Below are positions 26,005 through 38,400 of a stretch of 64,000 nt of DNA, piece after piece. Numbering within the stretch: the stretch's first letter is position 1; every line of letters begins with the position of its first letter. The position numbers and the translations under genes were made by a program. The notes below the pieces were generated by a model that was not told the origin of the DNA, ran no database searches, and saw nothing but the letters and a program-made list of their open reading frames with translations. The DNA is from Protoeuglena noctilucae (lineage: Eukaryota): the NCBI GenBank assembly GCA_958009085.1, contig OY253675.1, positions 62,001 to 126,000 on the forward strand, written 5' to 3'.

Positions 26005-28236
26005 TCAGACGGGCCCCGCCACCTCCTCCTCGATCAGCTTGTCGCGCTTGGCCCGGAGGACCTCGGAGACTTGCAGCTCGTCGTGGGGCTGGAGGCCGCA
26101 GCGCTTGAGGCTCAGCACCGACAGCTGCCCCGACTGCGGGCGGAGGAACGGGTCACGACGAAGGGTGAGAGTGAGAAGGCGAGATGTGACGTGAGTGGAA
26201 GTGTGCGGCCCGAGCTGTCCATGCACCACACCCCATCGCCGCCGTCCTGCACCCATGCGCACGTAAGCACGCATCGCCACCCGCCCCTGCGCCTGCGCAC
26301 CCCACTCACCGTCGACTCCGGGTACAGCCACTGCGGGCTCTTCAGCGCCGCCAGAATGGGCGGCCCCGCGTCCGGGCCCAGCTCATTGGCAGACAGGTCC
26401 AGCTCGCGGATCATGGGGTTGGTCGACAGGAGGTCGGCGATGGCGGCGGCCGACGCTCCCGTCACGGCGTTGGCCGCCATGCGCAGGCACCGCAGCTGGC
26501 TCTCCTGCAGGCGCCGAGGGCCAGCGTGAGTTGGGTGAGGCGACGCGCGCCACGACCGTCCAAGGTTGGGGCGCAAGGGGTCGGGAGGGCCAGGGCGCGG
26601 TGGCGCGGACCGGCAAAGAACGGCAGAGCGCGCTGCCAGCCAGCTCTCCGCCCTGCGTGCGTGGTGGCAGCAGGGCCCAGGCCACGCACGGCTGTGCGCC
26701 TCGCCGGGTCTCGTACGCGCAACGCCGCCCCACCTGCGCCACGTGGCACAGCGCCACGGCGCCCTCGTCCCCGATCCGGTTCATCGACACGTCCAGCTGA
26801 GTCAGGGACGCGGAGGATTTGATGGAGCGCGCCAGGGCACGGCCGCCCTCGGCATGGATCAGGTTGTCCCTGGGGCGCAGGGCACAGCACAGTCGGACGT
26901 AACACCGTAGATGAATGCATGTGACAAACATACATAGCGACATGCATCGACTGCCATCCAACGAAGGCCCCTTGCTTGGTGGCGCACGCCCGTCGCTCCT
27001 TCGCCAGCCCCAGAGGTTGCGGTAGTACACAGGCGCCAGCGCCCGCTTTCGGCGGCAAGCCGACGGCTCGCCTGAGGTTGAGTATACTGATGACCGAGTC
27101 GGTGTCGAGTAGCTTGGCCAGGGCGCGCACGCCTCGGTCGGCAATCTTGTTTTGAGATAGATCGAGGTGCGTGATGCTGATGTTGTCCACCATTCCGGAC
27201 AGCACCATGCGCGCCTTGTCGTCGTCGAGACCGTTCCCGGACAGGTTGAGGTACGTGAGCGTCTCGGTGGACTCGAGAGCGCGTGCCAGGGACCGGCAGT
27301 CCGGCAGGCGCATCCCAAACATGGCCTTGTCGTAGTCCATGCCGACCTGGCGGAGGCCGTACTGCGACAAACAAGGAGAAACGGTGACCGGGGACGCCGC
27401 GGCAGGGTGCAGCGACTCGGGAATGGCCCGCTGGCCGCGTGTGACTTGCCTTGAGCGTCAGCGCGCACAGGTTGTTGCCCAGGCACTGGAAGATGTTCTG
27501 CAGGTCGAGGTGGCTCGGGAGCTGCTGCAAATTGACTTGCCGCACGAAGCGCGAGCTGAACGTCATCATCCTGTGACGGGCAACACGCAGAGGGCAACGT
27601 GGGCGGGCATTGCCGGGCATTCCCCACAGCTGTGGGTGATCGCTGACGATCTCTCACCTCCTCAGCTCATCCACCACGGACGCTGCGGGGTCGAAGATCT
27701 CGAGCGTGTCCTGCAAATTGAGCTCAAAGTAGAGCTGCTTCCACGACTGCCCGTGCGCAGTCGGATCGCAGTTGCGCCAGCGTTTTTGGCTGCGACGCCG
27801 CCAATACTCTTCGTTACTGCGGACGGGGGCGTCGTGGGGCCGCTATGTGGCGAAACGCCCACGCGGGACCCCTTTAGGATGCGGGCGACGCAGCACCCGA
27901 GTGCCCCGGCGTCCCCGCTCCTCCGCGGGCCCTTTCCGCACCTGATGCAGGTACCCGCAAGCTCAATGTCGAGGTCCAGTGGCAGGCGGGACGTGATTTC
28001 CTCCACGTCCTCCGCCGGCAGCCCCGACAGGTCGGGGTCCTTCTCAAAGTTCTGGACCACGACCTGCAGGCGCGGGCAGGGGGCCGGATACCATTTCTGA
28101 TCATGTAAGCTAGCCATGGAAAGCAATGCGCAGCGGATGAGGCGCTCGCCTGGATCGCCAGCTCCCGCAGCGCCGGCACGAAGCCGATGAAGCCCCCGAT
28201 GGGGCGCTGCCGCTGCGGCGCGGAGGTCGCGACCAT
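26005..28236 (-). CDS. DRC5: dynein regulatory complex subunit 5 / TCTE1-like LRR protein, 8 exons
   Basis: 'VPALRELAIQ|VVVQNFE...LPLDLDIELAGTCI|SNEEYWRRRSQKRW...HGQSWKQLYFE...LQQLPSHLDL...LTLK|YGLRQVGMDYDKAMFGMRLPDCRSLA', followed by RNI-like LRRs, matches the TCTE1/DRC5 family. Confidence 0.88.
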
Positions 28237-29475
28237 ACCCCCTACCCGCCCTGACGCGCGCCCGGGCCTCGGGGATCACGACGCTGCGTCGCGCGGGCGG
28301 GAACCCTGCACACGCATTTGGTGGGACTGCATCTGCGCTCTGCATGCCTGGCGGGGCCGGTAATGGTGCCCAGCATGATATTTACATGCACGTGCATTAT
28401 GCACGGCGAAACACAGTCTATCTGGGCCTCGCCGCGGCGCTGAGCGCGCGGCAGCATGTGCGCACACCTTCCCTCCCGCGGCGGGGCGGGCGCCTCCTGA
28501 TTTGCTACAAAACCCGTCTGACGCTTAATAAGGGAGGAGCTCTAGCCAAGTGAGCTGCAACCGCCGCGGAGCGAAGGCCCCCAGCGCTCTCGCACAGGCT
28601 CTATGTCCCGCGGTGCTCGGTCTACGGCAACCTACGTCTCTCCAAGCGCAGCGAGTGTTTTGCCGACTTCCTCAGCGCGGTGCAGAACGCGGCAATCAGA
28701 CGCAGCTGCGTTTCGTGAGCAGGCTTGACCTGACGTGCCCCGTCAGTCGGCGTCTGGCAATGTGCCGCGGCCCTAGAGGATGTCCAAACGTGGCGGAACG
28801 TCGGCAATACTGCGAAGGTTGGAGGGCTCGGACGCGGTGGGAGGTCCTTGCGCTCTCCAAACCGGCATTGTCCCTTCGCGCATGCAACGACGTTTTTTTC
28901 ATGTCTTGCGTCTAGAGACGCCGGCGTAGGACGCCGGCCTTTCCCTGACATCGCGAAGTGTCTTGGAAATGGCGAGTCCGTCCCGGCTGCGCCAGGGCTC
29001 GGCGCTGGAGAGGCAGGGCACCGCGCCGTTGTTCGTGGCGCCCCCTCCCCACCCGGGAGCCGACGGGAGGGTGAGCCGCGCGCCGTGCGTGAAGTGCTAG
29101 TAGATAGCGTGCGGTTGCGGCGAAAGGACCGGCGTCCGGGGCGCGCATGCCGGGCCCGGCGGGCTCAAAACACCGTTGCTAACTTTCAGCCCTCGCGACG
29201 CCTCTCGCCGCGCTGCACGGCGGGTCTTCCGTCACCGCTTGCTCTGGGATAGCTTAGATTTGCGGGAGATTTTGCCCCAATGACCCTGATGGCTTTCTCC
29301 TCGCCGTTTCACCCGCGCATGGCGAGCCCTGGGTCTCTCGTGGCGCGCCGTACGTTCCGCTTCGCGCACCATCTTTATCGCCGAAGAGTCTTGGAGTACA
29401 CACGATGCCTCTCCGCACGCGCAGGCATCCGGCGCGGCGCGCCTGACGGCCCGCACGTCGCAAAACACGTCGCGC

Positions 29476-32400
29476 ATGGCTGTGCATCACGCCCAGCCCT
29501 CTATCCGCGAGAGCTCCGGGTGGGGAGAGGAGTCCGCATCTCCCGCACCACGCAAGCCGCGCGGGGCGGGCCTGGCGGGCCCCGCGCGGGCGGCGTTCCG
29601 CGAGGCCGGGCCCGGGGACGAGGGCAGCGACGCGGCGGACTTGGAGGAGAGTTTGGAGGACCACGTGTCGTCTGCGATGGACCATCAAGTGGAATCGGAA
29701 CCGTCCATGGGGGTGCCACCCAGGCGAGGCGGGCGCGGGGGGCGGGTTGCAGTGGGGTGGGGCTGCGGTGGGCGTGGGGTTGCGGTGGGCGGCGTGGGGC
29801 TGCGGTGGTCAAGCGTGAGAGGGGCGCTTTCCCGGCTCCCCGTCTGTCATCATCTCCACCTATGCGATTCGTCTCAATCTGTCGTATCACCATTCGCAGT
29901 GTCCACTTCAGCCAATTGGAGGAGCAAGTGGGCCGGTCCCTGGTGGGCCGTGGCGGTGACGTGTTAGAGGGACTGTCGCTGGCACCGGGCAACTTTAATG
30001 AGGAGAAAGCGAGGGGATTGATGCAGTGGGTGGAGACGGGGCAGCTCATGTCCAAGAGAGACCAGCGCAAGTTCCGAGCGCGTATGGGTGAGTGGGGTAG
30101 GGTTTGTGGGTGCGGGAGTGGGGTTGGGTGCGGTGTGGGTGGCAGGGGGGGTGCAGGGGGTGAGGGGTGGGTGCGGGTAGCACTGAAGGTGCGGATGGGG
30201 GTGGGGGTGGGGGTAGCAGTGAGGGTGCGGCTGGGTGGGCATGTGGGTGTTGAGGTGTGGGCGAGGGTGAGGGTGCGGTGGGTACACAGTGCGATGTCTG
30301 ACGTCATTCGTTCTCAACCCCCGCGAGCGTGGCGGCAGCGTGGGGGAGCAGTCCGAGAATGCCCTGGATGACGTGCAGGATTTGAAGGACGAGTTGGAGC
30401 AGATGGCCTTGGGGGACGCGCAGGTGTTTGGGAAGGAGAAGGCGCAGGTGAGGGGGGGTGGCGGTGGCTGTGAGGGTAGTAGTGGGGGTGTGCATGCCAT
30501 GCCTTGCCTTGCCAGCGAGTCTGCATCGCTGCGACAGTCTAGCCACTGTCAGATGAAGTGATTATTACTAACAATCTCTCACGTGTCCCTTGCAGATGGT
30601 GACGGGGGAGATGCTCCGGCTGATCGAGTACGCCAAGAAGTCTGTGGGGGAGCTGACGGGTGAGGTCGATCTCCATCTCTATCTCTATCTCCATCTCTCT
30701 CACTCTCCCACTCACACTCCCTCCGCATGCAGAGACCCGCCTGTTCCTCGACCTCTTCAAGGACAACGCCATGCTCTCCCGCAACGCCCCCGCGGCGGTG
30801 CTGCTGCAGCTGGCGATCGGGGTGTCGCGATTGACGCGCGTCACTAGCGACCTCGACACCTACCTCGCCTGGCTGCAACTGGCCGTGTCGAAATACGGGC
30901 CCATGCACATGCAACGGATGGCGAAGGGTGAGGGGGTGGGGGTGTGGTAGAGGGGTATGCATGATGTAACTTGCCCATCCATATGCAGCGAGGTGGTGGA
31001 GGGTGACTGACTGACGTGGTCTGTCGGACCAGACTCACCATCGATATTATCGTTACAATTTATCACAATATACAGATGTAATTATAGAGTTATATGTATA
31101 TTACCGTTCGCGCTCTCCCCACCCCCAGACACGGAGCGTCAGTTGGCGGAGATGCGCAAGAAGCTGCGCCTGATGGAGCTGCGGATGAAGATCCTCGTTT
31201 CCTACGACCGCGTCCACCACATGGCCACCGTGGGGCTCAAGTGGTTCCGATTGGCGTCCAAGCTCAGGCGAGGACTCTTGCATATCAGTTGTGAATGATT
31301 ATAAACTGTTATTACCATGTAAATGATAATAGCTATTAATGATAGCTTTTTCTGGTAAAATAGTGCTATGTTGCAAATATCTGTATTTATATGATTACTA
31401 TAATTGTACATGTGTTAATATTATTAACACATTTACAATTATATTCATCATTCCCTTCGCCCCCAACCCCACCCCAGGGACCACCGCCTGGATCAGCACT
31501 ACCGCCTCAAATACGCCCGGCTGGTGGCGCGGTGTCGTGGATTGGAGCGCGCGCTGCAGCAGAGCTTGGCGGGGCGGTCGGCGCAGTGGATGAGGCGTCA
31601 GGTGGATCTGAGGGACGTGGCGGGGCCGCACTGGAGGCACTCGGTCGAGTGGAAGGGGGGAGGTGAGGGGGTGGTGTAGGGTGGGGTGGTGAGGGTGGTG
31701 TTGGTATGGATGGAACGTGGTTTAGCAATCCGGGTGTGACGGTGGCGGGTGCCTCACCCCCACCCCCACCGATACCCCCACTGCCACCCACTGCCACCCT
31801 TAGTACCCCCCCCACTACCACCCTCACTGCTACCCTCACTACCACCCCCACTGCCACCCCCACCCCCACCCCCACTGCTACCCCCACTCCCACCCCAATT
31901 CCCACACCCACATTCAAAAACCCCACCCCCTCTCCCCCCCCCCGCAGCATCTCGCCCCGTCTCTGCCCCCCCCGCCCGCCCCTCCACCGCCTCCGCCCGC
32001 CACCCCAAAGCATCCCCCACCAAAGGCGCCGCCCATCGCCCCGCAAGCCCTGTGGGAGACGCGGCTGTCGCCACCAAGCGCAGCACCGCCGCTGTTCGGG
32101 GATTTGTGGACAGGGGTGGCTTCCTGGCGGCGTTTCAGAGGCCGTCCAAGAGACTGCTGGACCTGTCGGGTGAGGGGTTGTTATCAGGGGATCGCATTTG
32201 GTGGGGTGACTGGGCGTGTTTGGTTGGTGTTGTGTTTGGTTGGTGTTGGCTGTGGGTGGCGCGACTTCGTAAGTGTCGCATGAGTACCGATCATCAGAAT
32301 CTGCAACAAGTACAATGCGGTGGTAACACCAGTAAAACTAGTAAGCTCAGGTGTATATAAATAGTAATATCCCATATCACAAAATGTCTCTCTAACCCCT

Positions 32401-35400
32401 TGCCCCCCAGGCGCGGACGGTGCGGGTGCGGAGGGCGCCAGCCGCATGCGCCTGACCAAGGCGCCAGAGTTGGTGTTGCACAGGGAGGGGAAGGCGTATC
32501 GGGGGGAGGACGGGGGGTGGGAGTCAGAAGCAGATCTGAGGTGAGTGGAGTGTGGAAAGTGTTAGGAGAATGCATCTTACATGAGAAAATGGGGTTGTCT
32601 TTTATTTCCTTATTTTTAAATCCACTAGCTATACACACTCCACCCATCCCAGGTCCCTGTGGTCCTCTCACTTTGCCATGGAGGGTCTCTCTCTCTACAG
32701 CATATATAATTACAATTAAAACAATCATATTTCCTTTCCCCACAACCCAGGTCCCTGTGGTCTTCTCACTTTGCCATGGAAGGGCTGTCGCTCTACAGCA
32801 GCATGCCCGGTCTGCGCTTGGGCAGGGACGGCAGCGATGCCGACATACTTCGTTATTTCGGGGAACCGTCGATGGAGGATATTATGGAGGAGGCGGCTGT
32901 GAATAACAACGCCACGCCGTCGGTGGCGTCGGGTGAGGGTTGTGGAGGGAAGGGTGGGGGTTGGTGGTGCGGGTGGGGTGGGGAGTGGGGTGAGAGTGGG
33001 GAGTTGGGGTTGATGTCCGCGGAGATTAGAACTGAGCACGAGATGGAGCAGTCTCGATTGACGATTGATTATTGATATTAGTTATATTAGTTATAATTAA
33101 TAATTATCATCATTCCTATCTCCGTAGAGATCGAGCACGAGATGGAGCAGGCGGCGTTGATGCTCCCCCGCCGCCCGGACCTCCGCAACGACCGCGCCCC
33201 GTCCCAGCCACGAATGGGAGCTGCGGACGATGTTGCTATCGACACAGTTAATGTCACGGCTACCGATGCGGGGGGTGTAAGTGGTGGTGGTGGTATGGAT
33301 GGTATGGGTGGCGTGGGGGGGGGAGCGGGGGCGGGTGGCAGCGAGGGTGGGGCTGCGGTGGTGGATGCTACTGGTGGTGGTATTGGTGGTGATGCTGCGA
33401 TTGATACAGCTATGGGTGCCGATACTGCTGGTGGTACTGGGGATGCCGTCAATGTCGCTGGTGCGGCGGCTGTGGATGGGGCGGGGGGTGCTACTGGGGG
33501 AAGCGCTGGGGGTGCAGACAATGTCAGTGGTAATGGCAATGGCAATGGCAGTGATCCTGGCATCGCCGGCAATCGCGGCAGCAACGGCAGTGGCGGGGAC
33601 AGCAGCGGTGGCGACAACAACAACAATACCCCCGCCCCCGCCCCCGCCCCCGCCCCCGCCCCCGCTGTGGCCAAGAGCCACGACACCGGCGACTCCGACA
33701 CCGATTCCGACACGCAATCTGGCACCGGCCGCGACGATTCTGGCGGCGCGTCCGCCGCCCCCTCCCCCCCCCGCGTTCTGACGTTGGTGCGGTCGGTGTC
33801 CGTGCGATCGGAGGGCATTGAGAGGGCAGAGGAGCTCGTGTTGGGGTCGAGGGCTGCCAGTATTCGGCGCATGCGGTATAACATGGCGGAGGAAACGGTG
33901 GGGGAGGAGGTGGGGGCGGGGGTGGGTGCGATGGTGGGGGCGGTGGGGGTGGGTGCGGGGGTGGTGGGGAGGGGAGCAGGGGTGCGGTGGGGGTGGGGGT
34001 GGTGGGAGAGGGGAGTGAGGGGTTGGTTAAAGAGGGGAGCAGGGAAGTTGGAAGTAAAGATGTGGTTAAAGAGGAAAATGAGGGGCCGGTGGGGATGGCG
34101 GCGGTGGGGGAGGGGAGCGAGAGTGGGACTGGGGATGGGGATAAGGATGGGGATGGAGATGGGGATAAGGATGGAGATAGTGAGGGAGAGTTGGAGGGTC
34201 TGAGTGCGGAGGAGGTGGCGAAGAGGACGGCGTATTGGAAGCAGATGTTCCCAGACAGGGTGGAGGTAAGAGATGTTATGTGCTGTTTAGTAATAGTGAA
34301 TGGGAGGTGCGTGTTTGATTGTACATGAAAATGGCAAGCAGCTGGTCCCAATCAACCCTTTTCATATCATCTCTCACTTATCGCTTCCCCCAATCGCTTT
34401 CTCCCCCCCAGCGCCTGGGCCGCCCCGATGTCGACCGTGTGATGGACATGCTGGAGGAGAGGAGCAGCCGGGTGGAGATTGAAAGAGAGGTGAGGGATGG
34501 GATGTAGTGATATTATTGTATACATATATCATATGCAATGATATAAATAGTGTGGCAGTGGCTGTGCCATGGACATGCCCGTTCAATGACACCCACACAT
34601 GCACACACGTCAAACAACATCAGTCCCCATTCCCAACACTTTCCAATTCAATTCATCCAAACCCACCCTTCATTCCAACCCCCCAACCCCCCTCATCCCA
34701 CCCCCCAGGTCCGCTATGCCGAGGCGAGCGGTGCGGGGCGGGAGGCGGTGGCGAGAGGGCTGACGCGCGATCCCAGGAAAGGGGGCACTGGGCCAAAGAA
34801 AGCAGAGAAATCGACATCGCCGGGAAGGGAGAGGGGCGGCGTGGGAGAGGAGGGGGAGGGGGGTGCGGAGGGGGGTGGGTCGCGATTGGCGATGCACCGG
34901 TGAGGGGGGGTGGAGTGGTTGGGAGGTCGCACTGAAACGTGCGATACTACTGCGGGCTACCTGTTACAGTGTTCATTCTCTCTTTCTCTCGCACAACGTG
35001 ACCCTCACCTCCCTCGTCGCTACCCCCGGCATTCAATCGCATTCCTGCTCCTGGGCCGCACCCGCTCCCTCTCACTCTCTCTCTTGGCGATCAATCCCAT
35101 CACCTCTTTATCTACCCATTACCACTCTGTCATCTCTTATCCCTTTTACTAATCGCAGTGCCTCCCAGCGCGCCCTGCTCCTGGGCCGCACCCGCTCTCG
35201 CCTGGCCAGCGCATTGGAGGAGATCGCGACGGCAAAGGCGGTGATCGACGCAGAAAAGGAAAGGGTACTGATCAAAGAAAAGGAAAGGGAGAGGGAGAGG
35301 GAGAGGGAGAGGGAGACGGGGATCGTGCGAAACACGAACGCGGGTGGTGGTGGGGGTGGGGGTGGTGGGGGTAACAACAGTGGTGGTAAAGGTGGTAATC

Positions 35401-38400
35401 AGGATAACCAGCCAGGGGCTCCCAGGCTGCAGCGCATGCGGTCTGCACTTCGAATCGGGGCGAGGGCGGAGGCCACGAGGGACCCCTCCCTCTTCGCGAC
35501 GCCCAGCTACAAGGACGCGCCGGACAAGAGGGCGCAGGTGAGAGCCGTGAATGGCAGTTGTATGTTACATTCAATATGTTGGTATATTATAACAAGCTGG
35601 TTGTTGCTGCTAGGACGCGCCGGACAGGAGGGCGCAGGTGAGGGGGCAGGTGAGAGGGGGTGGGTGTGGGTGGCATGTGGTGTACAGTACGCTGTCATTC
35701 GATATAATCCATGAACATGTCATCGACTGCAGTGATCGACGCTTTGACTCATATAATTGCTAGTATCACTGCCCATCCCACTTCGGGCGATGAATCGTTC
35801 GCTCATTGCATAGCTTATCATTATCCATCTCAACATTTCAATCTCCACTCATCTCCCTCCCCCCCGCAGCACCTGCGCCTCCCCTCCCGCCGCGGACTGC
35901 TCACTGTGGCCGGCAGCGGCAGCCACGCCACCTCCCGCGCCGCCCCTGCCCCTCTCCCCCTCTCCCGCCACCTCAACACCATCGCATCGTCGCGCCGGGA
36001 AGCCGAGGGGAGCGGGGCGGACAGCGAGAGCGGCAGCGAGAGTGATAGCAGCAGCGGCAGCAGTGCGGCTGCGGGTGCGGGTGCGGGTGGGGTTACCAGT
36101 GGCAACGCCGAGCGGCGTTTGGAGGTGCAACAGAGCGGGAAGAGCGTCGGGTCGGCGAGCGCGAGGTCGGTGGCTGCGCAGAGGTCGGTGGGCAGGAGGG
36201 CGTCGTCGGGCAGGCGTGGGAAGGGGGCGAGGGGCAAGGCCAAGGGACTGGAGGGGGCGGGGGCGGGTGAGTGAAGGGTGTGGCTGGGGGGGGGGGGACA
36301 GATGTGGGGTGGGGTGCTACGGTCGCGCAGCACAATCTGCACAATGTGTTTTTTACAGCACGATCCGTGTCGCAGCCGCCCCCGGATCCACTTGCCCTGC
36401 GCTGTGCGGCGTTCCACAGCGCGGCTCTGCGGCTTCCCAACTACTGCTAAAACAATCGCACCTCGCAACTATGTAACACGACACACCATAACTACTGCCA
36501 CTGCCACAGCTGACCCCAAACCCCCCCCTCATACTCCCCCCCTTCCACCCCAGGCCCCTCCACCGATCCCGACGCCGGTTTGGATTCCCTGCAACTGCTG
36601 ACGGAATCTCAGGAGACGGCGGGTCGATTGCAGGCGGTGCACAAGGCGTTCCTGGACCCAGCGACGGGGTATGCGGTGCCCAGGGGCCACGTCGACCGGT
36701 CGGGCATCTACGCGGGGTTTCCGATCGAGGATGCGGGTGAGGGAATTGATAATTAGGGTTACTAGTACTATTAGATATACTAATGGTAGTCGTCGATGGG
36801 GATGGTATATGCTGAGATAGAGATGGGTGCGTGTGTTGGGACCGGGGTGGCCAATCAGGGACACTTGTGAGTGAATGGGTCACGTACATACCATGCAAAT
36901 CATTCAAGCAGTCGACAACATTTCTCTCTCCCCCCATCCCTCTCAGACCGCGAGGCCGCCGCCCGCGCGGTGCTGCGCAAGCGGCAGCAGGACTTCGACG
37001 ACGGCATCGACACCGAGCTCACGCAGATCATGCAGGCGAGAGTGACTTTGCAGTTGCCATAGCATGCATGCATTATCACCTGTACTAGTACTACTAGTAT
37101 GACTATATCACTGACTGTAATACTCACCATCACACTCACCCACCCACCCCAGGGCACCGGCCTCCTCCCCGACCGCCCCCCCCGCCCTTCCGATGCCGAC
37201 CTCCCCTCCATCCTCGCATCCCTTAACGACGAACACCTCGCCAGCGCCGTGCGGTGAGGGGGGAAGAGAGCGAGGGGATGTTGGTTCATTACCATATCGA
37301 TAATATTACTTATAATAGTAATGGTTTTGTATTTTATACTATTTGCTGTTATTATTATTATATTATAATTAATCTTTTAAATTTATTTTATTCTTAACTA
37401 TATAAGAATAATTATTATTATGAAGAAGTCATCTCTCTCCCCACTCCCCCCATCCCCCGCAGCGCCGTGGTGGCCCGCCAGGAGCAGGACCCCACCTTCC
37501 ATTTGCGCGGCATCTCCCGCTCCCAGGCGGTGGCCCAGGCATACGTGGCCATCACAACGGGGCTCAAGAACCCCACATTGCCGGATCCAAGCGCGCACAG
37601 GCGAGGGGGGGGTTGGGGGTTAGTGCGGGTGGGGGCAAGGGGGGGTAGGGTGGGTGATGTGAGGGCATGTGGCTGGTTGTGTGGTACAAGCACGGGTGCT
37701 GTGTTCTTGATTCGTGCTCTGCACGCTGGCTACCACCACATTTTCGCAAAACACAATGCTGTTTCACTCACTCATCCTTTAACAACACCTAACAACACCG
37801 CCCTCCCCCCCCCCCTCTCTTCACTGACTCAGGGCTCGCGTGGAGGCGTTGGGCCTGGGCATCAACCCAGCCATCATGCAGACGTACGTGAGACGTGCTA
37901 TGCCCAGCATCAGCAGCGTCACGTCACGCGGGGCCTCCAGCGAAGCACGATCTGTCAGGACGTCAGAATCGGAGGGGGGGGTTGAGAAGGGGGGCGAGGA
38001 GGGGGGTGGTGGATAAGGGGGATAAGACGGGTGATGGGGGTGTTAAGGATAAGGACAAGGATACAAAGCAGGGGAGTGTGGATAAGGCGGGCGGGACGAG
38101 GGGAGCGGCGGGGGCGGGTGGTGGTGCGGGTGCGGATGGTAGTGGGGTTGCGGGTGGCAGTGCGGGTGGCAATGCGGGTTTATTGTCATCTGTTGACGAA
38201 AGCGGCGTGCGTGGGGCGGAGGGGAGGGTGGTGAAGCGTCTGCGTGAGCTGTCGGTGTGGGGTGCGAGGGGGCGGGGCGGGGCGGGGGGAGGGTGGGGGT
38301 GGTGATAATGATGGGGATAGGAGAGAGGGGGTGGAACAAGAGAGCGGGGCAGTGGGTGGGGTGGCGGGCGGTGGGTCGATGGCAGGGGAGGGTGGGGGTG

